From positions 44,268,001-44,332,000 of the forward strand of contig CM022665.1 of NCBI GenBank assembly GCA_012295275.1: 64,000 bases of DNA, written 5' to 3'. The stretch is from Chrysomallon squamiferum. Taxonomy: Eukaryota > Animalia > Mollusca. The position numbers and the translations under genes were made by a program. A model generated the notes under the pieces. That model was given only the letters and a program-made list of their open reading frames with translations, ran no database searches and was not told the DNA's origin. Below, piece by piece: positions 31,886 to 45,800 of the stretch (its first letter is position 1; each line of letters opens with the position of its first letter).

Positions 31886-32903
31886 ATTTCATGTTACTTA
31901 CATAAAATAAAATAGATAAACAGTCTGGAGTCATCTATTGAATATGCATCATCTTTTATAAAATCCAGATGATACGGATTCACTGCAAAACCACTTATCT
32001 CATTCTCTTCTTTTTTTTTTTTTTTTTTTTTTGCATTAAACATGGCGGTTTAAAAGAACGCGGATAGAACGGAAGAGTTCGCGCTGTTAGACACGCAAAC
32101 TGAACAGATAGATATTAACGACTCTTAACACGCGTTTTATAAATTGAAGAGTTAAACATTTTTTTTTTTTTTTTTTTTTTTTCGATTAACGGTAAAGGCG
32201 CTTTTGTGTGTAAGCGTATGTACATTTATGTATGTGTGTTTGTGTGTTTGTATACTACGCAGGTAGTATATATATGTATATATCGTTTTGAAGAAATATT
32301 GTTATTTGTATGCATGTACATAATCAGTTTATCATTACTGTTTGCACAGCTATTTCTTCATAGTGTCGTATCTTGCATAAACTGTTGATACGAGACAGAA
32401 ATGTCCTGCAGCAGCTTTTATCGATTAACAGGTCCTTTTACACACACATATGTATTTTTAAAAATACGTGAAGTCACATATCCTGATCGTTGACAAACAA
32501 ATATCTAGAATCGGAAATAGTCTAGGGTCGAATAATGAGTACGACTGATCCAGAAACCTACCAAACCTCATTTCTGCGCCCTAGTTACATCTACATCTAG
32601 TATCTATAGCAACAGGTATTATCAATGTCATCACCAGGTTTATATTTAATAAAAACATTTCTAGGTTAGCTATATGGAAAGGTGCAAAGGTTTACACACT
32701 GTAGCTGTTCGTTGGTAATTAAAAACACATTATTATATAATATACTGCATTTAGAAAGCATTGCCTACATTGGAATATTATCCATATCCGCTTTTTTCTT
32801 TCAGTTGATTTCTGAAGTAACAAAGATTATGAAATGATAAACTTTAATGTCTGACATGTTAGTCATTAATATTATACTCCTGCTGCAACACCTGCTGCTG
32901 CAG

Positions 32904-32952
<49 letters not shown>

Positions 32953-33082
32953 TAATAATAATAATAATAACAATAATAATTTTATAATAAAATTAAGAAT
33001 CAAATATTTTAAAAATCAAATCAATTAAATAAGAATAAATATAGCATATAATAGCTAAAGCTAATAAAAATATAAATTAAAT

Positions 33083-33153
<71 letters not shown>

Positions 33154-33303
33154 TCTTTATAAAATATTATTTAATGAATTCTAGAGTTTATAAAATAATG
33201 GTTGTTTCCAGTTGAATTTATACAAAATTTTACTTTTTGAAATATTTTATTTATATTGCGCTCGTCAAAAAGGATTGTGAGAAACAGATTTTTTTTTTAG
33301 GGG

Positions 33304-33346
<43 letters not shown>

Positions 33347-34164
33347 AAATCATGAAAGAGAAGAAATAAAAAGTGTTGTTTACTTGATTTTCGAGTTACA
33401 TTTATTTATTTATTTATTTATTTATTTTTGGTATGCAAACGATGTATTTTGGTATGAAAGTCTCTTTCATTAGGAAGCGTTGTCGAAAACAGCGGGTCAA
33501 AAAATACTTCAAAGTGCTAAATTACTGTTAAAAAGTTATCGTTTCTTAATTTTATCCCTCCACTCAGACACCCCCGCCAAAAATGCAATGACTGGCAGAT
33601 AAGGTATAAATTGTTAAAACCCACCACCCCACCGTGAAAAAAATTAATTCAAAGCATTACTGAATGTGAATAAATAAATAAATTAATTAAAAAATTTTAA
33701 AAATAAATAAAAATTAAATAATAATAATAGTAATAAAAATGAATAAATAGATATGTAAGTCTATAAATAAAAATAAATAAAAGTAAGTTACTAATTAAAT
33801 AAATAAACAAACAAACAGATATTTAATGCTCTTTTAATAAAAGATATGTTTAAATTTTAGTATTATTATTATTATTATTTTAATCTATTATTTATTGTTA
33901 GTAAAGGAGCTAATTTTTAATCTGTATATAAGATTATTTATTCATTTATGGAGTTATGAAAACGTATGAAAAATAAATGAATAAATAAATAAAAGATAAA
34001 TAAATACCTTTCCGAGTATTACTATTTTTAATTGCCTAAACAGCATTTCCGAATTCGTAAGGACCTACTTCCCTCCGCATATGCATTCTATTTGAATAAG
34101 AAATAAAACTATATTAAAAGAATTTACTCCCCAAGTTAATTTTTCGTTAAAATGTATTATTTTT

Positions 34165-34203
<39 letters not shown>

Positions 34204-34609
34204 AATAAATAAATAAATAAATACTGAAAAACGATTGAACACTTGAACAGATTTCAGTTGCAAACTTCCAATTAATATATTTGGGGTCTTGGTTCATACA
34301 CTGTGAAAATGACCAGAAATTTATTAAGTTTCCTCAAACTATTAAACATTAAATCTTAAATAATAATAATAATAATAATATATATATATAGTTTTTTTTT
34401 TTTTTTTTGTGATTTATTGCAGTGATGTAAGCGATCTTTTTAAAAATCGGCACGCTATGGTTCACCCTAAAACTGCTTATCTCATTTTTAATTTAAGACG
34501 GCGCTTAATCATTTTCCATCATTATCACTTTAAAGTTTACGGCAGATATTTCAGAATTTAAAGTAAATTAGAGGCTTTGGCGTTTTATTTTATTATATTA
34601 TATTTTATT

Positions 34610-34640
<31 letters not shown>

Positions 34641-35057
34641 TTTTATTTTATTTTATTTTATTATTATCTAGTTCACTGTCATAAATAAGCAATATAAATG
34701 TAAATATACATGCAAACATCTTCATAACTATAGAAATCTTTCAAAAATGAAATATGAATATCGGAAATGATTAAAAGCGCGAAATATAACAACTTTATTT
34801 AAGAGTGCTAAAATACTCCACGTGTTGACATAATCAGGAAAGCAGCATTGAATCTACAAATGACCGTCTTAAATTCTGTTGCTGTTCCGGTCAGCGTATC
34901 ATACGTACGGGAGAAACTAAATTTAATATTAACACTTTCACGAAAAACATGAATAAAAATCAGTCATCACGAAACAATAACACTATTTCAAAGCATTAAT
35001 GTATATAAAATGTTTCGTGGTATCATACCTAACTGTAATAAACAAGAATATTTATAA

Positions 35058-35173
35058 CCAATCCATAAGTCTAGACGTGGCAGGGAGTGTAACCGTAAGA
35101 TTTACTGGCCATTCAACAGAAGAACCAATCATAACTCCTGTAACAAACCGATCTGAGCAAAGTGGTGTATTGG
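35058..35173 (+). promoter_or_regulatory. Putative RRBP1/KTN1 proximal promoter: three CCAAT boxes and a GACGTGGC element
   Basis: CCAAT 35058 and 35125, ATTGG 35169, GACGTGGC 35074, about 500-600 nt upstream of the ATG. Confidence 0.45.
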
Positions 35174-35675
35174 TTTGTAAGTGGGGATTTCATAGTAGTT
35201 ATAAGTTGGGAATATTTCCTTTGACTGTGTTTTATCAAGCTTTGATATTACGGATAGTCACAGAAAATCACCATCAAATTAGTATAGGTAATTGCATTTT
35301 ATTTTCTGTAGCGCGTTTTTCTGTCAGTTATACGTTATTTGGTGTTTTACATTCGCCGGGTATCCGAGACTAAGCGCTTCTCGACATCTTCCAAGTGCTT
35401 ACGTGGACGGCCAATTTATCCAAGTTTTTCTTTTTCAGAGCTACATGGAACCAGTTAAGATCATCATATTATAATTATACTGTGAAAGTGTCTTTGACAG
35501 TTGCTGAATTACAGATTTTGGACAGTGTCTACATATATATTATTTCCAAGGGGCGTGGTTAAAAAAAAACCACCTGCCTGAATGTTGAGCAGAAATTTGT
35601 TTTGAGAACATCTGTTATTTTGTTTTTGTTGTTGTCATTATTTTAATACTTATGCAGTTTTATAGCATCACTGCG

Positions 35676-36447
35676 ATGGATCCACAGATAATAGCAATAG
35701 GTGCAGCAGGCTGTATTCTTTCAGCCATTATAATATATCTTATTTCTGTGTTTGCAATGAAAGAAAAAACATTCGAAGAAGTACTGGAAGAACAGAAAAG
35801 GAGGAACGAGGAAGAGAAACTGAAATTGAAAAATGAAAAGAAGGCTGAAAAAGAGCACAAGAAAAAATTTAAGAAAGGGAAAGACAAAGATAAGGATAAG
35901 GATAAGGATAAGTCAAAAGAGAAGAGTGGACAGAGTTCGGATTCGGAGTTCAAATTTGAACAAAAAATGGTTAATTTGGAAATTGAACCTGAAATCATCG
36001 AGCCAACCGAGACGCTTCCTCTGACATCCAAGAGACCCAAGACGAAGAAAAACCAGAAGCCAATTCTTGTAAACAAAGAGGAAAAACCACTAGTTACAAC
36101 TGACAAATCTGCCAAAGAATTTTCTCACAAAACCGTTGCCCCTAAGGATGAACTGGAGTTGAAACGAGAGCAGCCTGCAGTGCCAGCACCTGCCGCAAAG
36201 GAAAAGGTCGCCCCTGAACCAGCCCCAGTTGCTGCTGCACCTAAAGAAAAGCACACTTCTGCTGAACATCAGAACAAATCATCCAAGAAAGCCTCGGAGG
36301 CGAAGGCAGAAAAACCCCAGCATGAAGAAAAGGTTCATAAGGAAAAAGTTTCAAAAGTAGAAAAACAGGCCGAACGTACTGTCGAGACTCCCAAGAAGTC
36401 GCATGACGAACCTGAAAAGAAGCGTGCAAAAGCTAAAGGAGGAGCAG
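35676..36447 (+). CDS. RRBP1: RRBP1/KTN1 first coding exon (TM anchor plus K/P-rich region)
   Basis: MDPQIIAIGAAGCILSAIIIYLISVFAMKEKTFEEVLEEQ...; donor GCAG|gtaaat. The upstream ATG at 35652 overlaps a likely acceptor. Confidence 0.9.
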
Positions 36448-36678
36448 GTAAATATTTTGTTTGTAATCTGCAGTGAATGTGTATACATGTAATGGTTGAC
36501 AGACGAGATAAAATTTTACTCAGTCTGAATAGTCATATAAAAAAAAAATTATTAAATTTTTTTTCATGCTTTTATCTCTTGTGAGTTGTTATGTTAAAGA
36601 TACATTATTTATTGCTAAATATGTATGCCAAGTTAGATATTTCTTAAAATTTAAGTGATACACATATGCACGCAAACA

Positions 36679-36753
<75 letters not shown>

Positions 36754-36838
36754 CACACACACACACACACACACACTCAAAAAGGATATATGAAGTTTGC
36801 TGTATTATATAATCAGTAAAAATATATATGCATCATTT

Positions 36839-36887
<49 letters not shown>

Positions 36888-38029
36888 ATAATAATGAATG
36901 AATCTTATTCAATAGAAAGATTAATTTATTAAGAGTCTGTGGTGTTTGTGATAAAAGGAACTTCTGATCATGAAATGTGTAATGTGAAAATACAGGGAAA
37001 ATAAAAGTGAAACTGGCAAGATTATAAATGCAGTGTCTATGCTGCTTGTCAGGCAGATTAGAGTTCAATAATAATATGCAGATGGTAGATATGGCCTGAT
37101 TTAAAAACAAAATTTATTCTAAAATGTTTTAATTTCAATGATGGCATTAAATTGAATGAAAAAATATCTGGATTTATTTGCGTCAAGTATTATTTCTGGG
37201 GGTGTGTGAAAAAAAGCTGAATAATTCAAAAAATAAATTTATTATTTAAAAAATTTTGGTATTAATACTTGTTTTGAGTTTTTTTTTTAATTTTTTTTAA
37301 TTCTTTTTTAAAATATGACTGTTTCATTGACTACTGAACGAATACACTTGTTCTGTGATGTACATTCCAAAAATGCATTGAATTTAAGAAATATTAAATT
37401 AAACCTGCTGAAATATGTTTTTTAAAATTTTATTTTTCATTTTTTAAATAATATACATACTAATTGTATACACATATACTAAATACATGTAAATAATTAC
37501 AATATTTTTATTTTCATTTTTCTACAGTATGAATTACTAATAAAAACTAAATAACTACTGGAAATTGTACAGCTATGCAAACATTAATTCTGCAGATGGT
37601 ACATGACACATAAATAAATAAATAAACATCTAAGTGATCTACGCATAAAACGAGAATTTTTTTTTCCATATCATAAATGTATATTAGAAGGACTAACGAT
37701 CAAATAATTGCGTTTGTCTTCAACATTAGGGTTTAATATTTTAAACAAACAGACATATAAATTAATTGGTTATGTAGCAGTGAAAAATTAGGATGGTATC
37801 AGTTTCCATGATTAATTTTTGTGATATTTCCAGAAGAAAGTGGATTGCTAAATGGCACTAACTTGTTGACTGCCGTTCAGAGTGCCACACTGAATGAAAA
37901 GGAAATTCAGTCTCTTGTTGACGTTCTGCTCAACAGACTGGGGACAGATGCCCGCAGCAAAGACTGGAACAAAGTAAATTTTAATTTTAATTTAATTCGA
38001 TAATTTTACATTTCATAAACGTTATATTA

Positions 38030-38060
<31 letters not shown>

Positions 38061-38334
38061 AAAGTTTGTGTTATATATGTATAAAAAAAATAAAAATAAA
38101 AAAATAAATTTTTAATGTTTGATTTTAGTTTAATTTTTATCATGTATTTTCTGCCAAAACCAAAACAAATTGTTTATTTATATATATAAAATAAAGTTTT
38201 TATCTAATTTTATGTAGGTCTTGCTAATAAAATGTGTAAAAAAATATTATTCATGTCAAAATTTTTTTTTTTTTTTTTTGACATTATTTACAACGACAAC
38301 AACAAAAATATAATATTATTATTTTTATTATTAC

Positions 38335-38380
<46 letters not shown>

Positions 38381-41300
38381 TTTTAATTATCTTGTCCTTG
38401 AAATAAATATTTTTAAATAAAAAAAAAAACCTATTAATTTAATTTCTTTAGAAACTCCAAAATAAAGTCATTTCTGTCACTGTTTTTAAATAATTAATGA
38501 CTATGTGGTAAATATTGATTCAGAATATTCTAGAATATTCCATCCTGTAGTAATGCACTTTTTTTTTTTTACATTCTGTCTGTGTATGTGTAAATACATA
38601 TAAATAAAATGTATTAAATAATAAAACCTTTATTAATTAAAAATAGTAAATAATTTAGTTAAATTATAAATTCCTAAGAAACCATTTTATATTATTCATA
38701 TTATTAATATTATTATTTAGAAAACACAGAAGGGTGACCCAGTAGTTTTGCTGAAGAAACAGCTGGAAGAGAGAGAACGTTCACTTCAACAAGGTTATTT
38801 ATAAAAAAAAACAATCCCACAATTCTCACTTTATTACTTAATGTCTGTCTAAGAATAACAGTTTAGTTTATTTTAAAATTTTGACTGATTATATTTAGTT
38901 TGTATCATGTTTTGCATTAGATTATTTATAGCAACATTTTAGCAGGGCCAACAATAATAAAGGATGATTTGTTTATAAGCATATCTTTCATTGCTATTAT
39001 TATTATCTTAATATATATTTCGCTTTCAAAATTAACTCATAACTTGTTATTTATAGTAATTATACTAAGCTGATGCTATTAAACATTTTTGTGTTCTTTT
39101 TATTTCTGTGCTGTCTGTAACTAATGAAGTAAAATGATAATGTCACAAATGTGTTGAGTTTCAAGACCAAATCTTCCTAGAGGCACATATTTAGTTTTGT
39201 GTTCAGCATTAGTATATACAGCAGTGACAAATACACGATTCTTCAATCTTTTGTAAAGTCCATAAAAGAATCTGTAGCTATTAATAAATAAAGAACATCT
39301 CTTGTGGTAACTACTTTAATAAATTAGTTCTGTAGAAATTATCAAGGGCAAGCTGTGATGTACACTATTAACAATTTTAACAAATATTAAAAAACAACAA
39401 CATATAATCGTGTTATTTACAGAACAAGCATTGGCCATGTCAGCCAACAGCAAGATGAAGGAACTGACTCAGCAGCTGCAGATGGAGAAGACCAAACTGA
39501 CAACTCTGGAGAAGTGTTACCAGGAGAAGCTGACCCACCAGGTTCAGGAGATCGAGGCTCTGCACGCCCGCATGCAGCAGAGTCATGAGCAGCACCAGAG
39601 AGAGGTGAAGAGTCTGCAGACGACCATTCACCAGTACGAACAGTCCAACGACCGCAACCTTGTCCAGAAGCTTCAAGAGGTAAAGCATTACATTTTTCAG
39701 AAAATCTGTACGGAAAGTCCAGTAACTGCATCCTTGAGCAGAAACTTCAAGAGGTAAAGCAGTAAAGTTTTCAGAAAAATTGTCTGTCTATCCTTTAAGT
39801 ACGAAAAGTCCAGTAGCTGCATCCTTGAGCAGAAACTTCAGGAGGTAAAGCATTACATTTTTCAGAAAATCTGACTGTCAATCTTTTTAAGTACGAAAAG
39901 TCCAGTAACTGCATCCTTGAGCAGAAACTTCAGGAGGTAAAGCATTACATTTTTCAGAAAATCTGACTGTCAATCTTTTTAAGTATGAAAAGTCCAGTAG
40001 CTGCATCCTTGAGCAGAAACTTCAGGAGGTAAAGCATTACATTTTTCAGAAAATCTGACTGTCAATCTTTTTAAGTACGAAAACTTCAGGAGGTAAAGCA
40101 TTACATTTTTCAGAAAATCTGTCTGTCAGTCTTTTTAAGTACGAAAAGTCCAGTAACTGCATCCTTGATCAGAAACTTCAAGAGGCAAAGCATTGAATTT
40201 TTTCAGAAAATCTGTCTGTCAGTCTTTTTAAGTACGAAAAGTCCAGTAACTGCATCCTTGATCAGAAACTTCAAGAGGCAAAGCATTGAATTTTTTCAGA
40301 AAATCTGTCTATATATCTATCCTTTATCTGTCTCTCTCTCTGTTCAAGTATGAATGGTTCGATGACTGTAGTCTTGTTCAGAAACTTCAAGAGGTAGAAC
40401 ATTCAGAGAATCTCTGCCCATATATCTGTCTATATTTCCATGTATCTGTTTCTCATATTTCTCTGTTCAAAAATGAACAGTCCACAATCTCATCCTTGTA
40501 CAAAAACTTCAAGAGGTAAAACATTAAATATTCATAGTCTGTCTTTCTCATGTAACATCTGCCTGTCTGTGTATCTGCCTATCATCTCCATCTCTCAGTT
40601 TTCTATAAAAATTATGTAGAAGAGTAAAATGCATTTAGGCACTGTCTTTCAAAAGTTTCAGTATACGCGCATGGTAGCTAGAGATCCTAAAATAAAGATT
40701 ATCCATTAGGCATAAAACAAAACGTAACATTAAATAGTGCATTAGGTCACAAAGATTTTGTTTTAAAAAGTGCAACTCTTGAAGTAGGCTTAGCATCATC
40801 AGTTTTAAAAAACTTTATAACAATTTGAAAAAAAGTTATTTTATACCATCTTTACACACATGATTTTATAAATATTTTGCTGAAATTTGTTTTTTTTTTA
40901 AATTTTTGCCTGCAAAAATAGATGAAGAATATAGAATACTGTAAACATTGATTGGAATATGATTCAAGAATTTAAATGTATTTTTCTGCAGTTTATTACT
41001 AATAAAAAATATTTTATTTTCTAGGAAAAAAAGATATTGACAGACACAATTGCCAAAGCTGCGTAAGTATTTGAAATTTTTTGAATTAAGTTGAAATTCT
41101 GAATACTTTCAAAATATTTTTTTTCAGTTTTTTTTTGTTTTTTTTTGCTGGATTGTTGGTAAACAAATATTCATACATATGTGTATGTGTGTGAATGTAT
41201 GAATGTGTGTGTGTGTGTGTATATGTGTGCTCTTTTTATTTGTATTTTTAAAACATTCACAAAATGTACGGTGTTCACAAACATAATCATTTATTTCACA

Positions 41301-42786
41301 TCATTATATCTTTTTATCTTGTCCAGCATAATTATATCTGATTATAATATCGAAATATTTTCTGTTTACATTTTTCTATTTTAACCACACAGAGTTCATC
41401 CCCTGCTGAAGTGAACAATCTGAAACAGAAAGTGCAGATCTTGGAGAAAGAACTTGGAAGCAATGTTGTCAAGCTGAATGCTGCAGAAAAATCCAAGACG
41501 GCTTTGGAAATGCAGCTGTCCAAAATCCAAGACGAACTGAAGAAAAGCAAATTGGAACAGGTTAGATTTTTATTAGCAGTAAGATGTAGTAGTTTAGATT
41601 GTAAATAAAAAGTAGCTGATGGTTTATTGTTTATGTTTCTTTTAGATTTGCAAGATTTACCTCTTAAGTTGAGTGGTGAAAAATTAATAATTTGATCTTC
41701 AATTGTGATTTTTTAATTTTTTTTTACACAGAGATATATGAATTGGTTATGGCAGTTATTATTAAAATAATTTATTCTGATATTTATGCACATGGTAAAT
41801 GATATAAATATAGGTTTCATAATTTATGTGAAAAAACCCCGAGAATGTCAGTATTTAACTTTACATGTTAATTCAGCTACATGCTAAAAAACAAAATTTT
41901 TTGTATGCATATATTTCTTTACCAACACACTAGCAAAAAATAAAATAAATACAAAAAAAAAAAAAAGATAAATAAAATATGATATATACATAATATCAAT
42001 TTTATATTATTAATTTTTTTTTTCTTTTTTCTGTTTATCTCATTTCAGAAAGACACTGTGGCTTTGTTGTCCAAGAAACTGGAGGAGGTGAACAAAGAAG
42101 TTAGAAAGTCACAAGCTCACAACAACAGTCTGATGGTGGAGAAACGTAAATCGCAGGAGGAGTCGCGAAAGACAATGGACGCACTGACCACTGCCCAGAA
42201 TGAGGTGAAGACCCTGAAGACGAAGCTGGAAGAACTGCAGCGTCATCTGAAAGCAAATGACACAAAAGACCTGGAGAATAAATTACGAGTAGGGACAATT
42301 TTAGTTGAATTTAAAAAAAAAAAATTATTTTTAAAATTATTTTTAAATTTTTTTTTATTATTAGTAACAGTCATTGTTGAGGGTAGTTTTGAATTTTGGA
42401 CCCATAACCAAAAGTTTGTGAGTTCAAAACCCCAGAGCTGCAGTGCCGTAAAGTGAGAACCTGACAGGCCATGCAGTTATCTGCATGATTAGTCCATTGT
42501 GCCAGTATGGGAGAAAAAATAGTATATTTTTATTTATTTTTTTTATTTTATTTTATTTTATTTTATTTTATTTTATTTTATTTTATTTTATTTTATTTTA
42601 TTTTATTTTATTTTTTTTATTTTTATTTTATTTTATTTTTTAAAAACATTTTTAAATTTTTATTTGAAGGAAACTGAACGAAAGAAGCTAGATTTGGAAG
42701 GAAATGTAAAGAATTTGGAAAAACAGTTGACTGATTCAACAAGACGATACTCAGAATTGGAAAAACAATTACAGGTTATTATTATT

Positions 42787-42826
<40 letters not shown>

Positions 42827-45800
42827 TTTATTCCTAGACTTCTTTCAGTACTTGTGAATCAAATATATAGTATCTGTTTTTAGGAGGAATTTATAATAAC
42901 CAACAAACTGAAAAACACTGGTATATTGTCTTTTTTATTATTTTTTTTTAGTTTTTAGTTTTTTTCTAAATATTTTCTGTTGTCCTTTTCATCATGTTTA
43001 TTTATTTATTTATTTATTTTGAATTGTGTGTCTGTTCAGGACCTCCGTCATGAAAACTTCACTCTTGCTGAGGAACTCAAGGTGACACAGGAAAGACAGG
43101 TGGGTGAAGGTCAGGAATCACCCGCTGGAACAGTGAATGGAGAAATGAACCAAAACACAGACAAGATGTGAGAAATATTTTTAATTTGGTTCATTTTTAA
43201 AAATATTTTGCCTTTATAATTTTTAATTCATTTTTTTTCATGAACTTGTTTTTTATTATCATAATTTTGATTATTATTATTATTATTGTTATTAGATAGT
43301 TTTTGCAATTTAATAATTTAATAAGTTTAAGTCATAAAGAGTTAACATTTTGATAATGAAATATAGTCTTGAAAATTGTAAACTACAAGATATATCTAGG
43401 AAAGAAATTACTTTAAAAAAACCCTGGATTAATACAGAATTGAACTATAAATTAAGAACTTTCTTGGAAAATGCTTGCTTTTAGTTCACAATATCCTTAT
43501 TGTTATTTTTACTGTTGTTGTTTTTGTTATGAAACAGTTGTTAATATTTTTATTTTAATATATATTAATGTTTATATTTTAAAAATAGACTGGTAAGATT
43601 CTCCTTTGCACATACAGATGATACTTTTTTTTTTGATTAGCATTCTACACAGTTTAATGACAAGTTTTAATTATTTTTTTTTCAGATTAAATGAAAAGAA
43701 TGAAGAAATCGACAGACTCAGCACAGAACTACAAACCACAAAGAGTGAAATAACAAATCTGAAAGAACAACTTGAGGCACAGAAAAAGAAAAACAATGTA
43801 AGTACAGACTTTTTTTTCTACATAAGTTTTCATTTTGTAGTTTTTGTTTTGTTTATAATTACATTAATATTAAAGATGTCCCAGTTTCTGAAGATTTTGA
43901 AGATTTATTTTATGAACAGTTTAAAATAAATATAAACTAGTGTGTGTGTTTATACATACATATGTACATACATTTATACATGTATATATGAATGTATGTA
44001 TGTGTGTGTGTACATAATCTGCATAATAGCATGCACACACTGACATACATACATCTATTTTTTTTAGATCTGCTGGTTTATTAATGTTAAAATTATTATT
44101 ATATAAAATTCAGAAATAACATTTTCACTCTTTTCATCTTCGGTTCTTAGTTTTTTAGTTAACTTGTTTTATACTAACAGAATTAACACAACATAAATTA
44201 ATTTTGTTTTATTGATGGATAATATAGCTAGTTGGTTTTCTGACATAATCTTGCACACTATTTTAGTGTAGAAATGGTGAGTGGGTTGAAAATCTTTCTC
44301 ATGCAGTAGATCCCAAATTCTTTCACATCCCATTAACCATGCATTAATTAACTTAATAATAAATGTGGTTTAATGTGTTATTTTCTTTGATGTGTGAACT
44401 GTACTTTATTTACAATAACATATTTAATACATACTAAGCAACCTAATTTTTCTGTGTTCAAAAATAATGGGAAAAGAACATTTATGAATGGTCTTAGTTT
44501 TGTTTTGTTATAATTATATTTGTATTTTTATAATTATGTTTGTGTGAACATTCACTGGTGTACTTCGTAATATAAATCTTTTGTTTGCCATCAAGTGAAA
44601 TTCAGTTTCTGTTAAAAAATGGTTATTAGCAATGAAATTAAATATAGTTACTTATTACAGTATGCATTATTACTATCGAAAATTATAACAGATTTTTAAT
44701 TTTAAAAAGTTTTAAAGTTTTTTAAAGTTAAAAATGTTACATTTTATTTCATATTCAGTCATTATTAATACCGATGTTTTCAGTGATATTTAAGAGATTA
44801 TTGGAAATATTATTTAGATTAATTACAGAGAGGAAAGAGCATTGTAAACTACTAGAACTAATTCTGAAGCAAAATTGTCAAAATCTGTTGATTTTATTTT
44901 AAAATTCTATTTGATTTAACTATTTACGTGTTTTTTAATGTCTTAAATGTTAATTTTTGACACTATAAAATGATTTATCTTTTTATTTATTTATTATATT
45001 TTTCTTTGTGCTTTTGTTTTTTGCTTTTCAATCATTTAAATTAATTATCACTCTAAAAAAATGCCTTTGAAAAATTTAACATAATTTTGATTTTCGCTGC
45101 AATATTCAACCAAGGACTTTAATGGCTGCTGTTTTATATCTTACAAATTAATTATATAATTGTTTCCTAACTAATAATTATTAATATTCAAATAATATTT
45201 AACTTCTTTAGAAATTGAAGATGAACTTTAAACATTTAGTGTCATATTGATAATAAAATTGTAATTAAAATATCAGTTGGTTATAAAATGGGTTGCCTGT
45301 TAGTAATACACTGAACAGTGTATATATGTACCATAGAGGGATACAAAATATTAAAATGCTGGTATGAGTATTTGTTTTTTGTCCTTGTGTATTCCTCTTT
45401 TTTTTTTCTTTTTTACAATCATGTTTTTAAATAGAATTTGCTATGTAATGCTGATAGTCCTAATTTTAACATTTTTGAAATTAATATTTTAATTTTTGGG
45501 AATGGTTTTTTTCATTAATAATAATAATATTTTTTAATATTTTAACTTCATAATGAGATTTTGACAGCTGATCTGTTACCCCAGCAATTTAAAATATTTA
45601 ATAACAAATAATTACTAGCAAAAAGAAATAACATTGAAATTTTTTTTTTTCATTCTGTTTGATGACAGGGAGGTGGGGAAATAGTTTAAGATTTCACTGA
45701 TCTATCCATGAAATAAATTATTTTAAATGAATATTTATATTCGAGTTATGTCTTTTATGAGGGAAAATAGACATTTATTTGCATGTTTTATATCTAAGAC

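Noticed and set aside
34999-35373. 124-aa ORF upstream of RRBP1/KTN1
   Set aside because: No recognisable family; it overlaps the putative promoter and 5' UTR and is probably chance.
35058-35416. Canonical ERSE or ERSE-II elements
   Set aside because: The CCAAT and CGTGG spacings do not match CCAAT-N9-CCACG or ATTGG-N-CCACG; only the separate motifs are reported.
39634-40530. Regularly spaced repeats that superficially resemble a CRISPR array
   Set aside because: The whole unit is repeated with no unique spacers, it derives from an exon/donor junction, and the context is eukaryotic with no cas genes.
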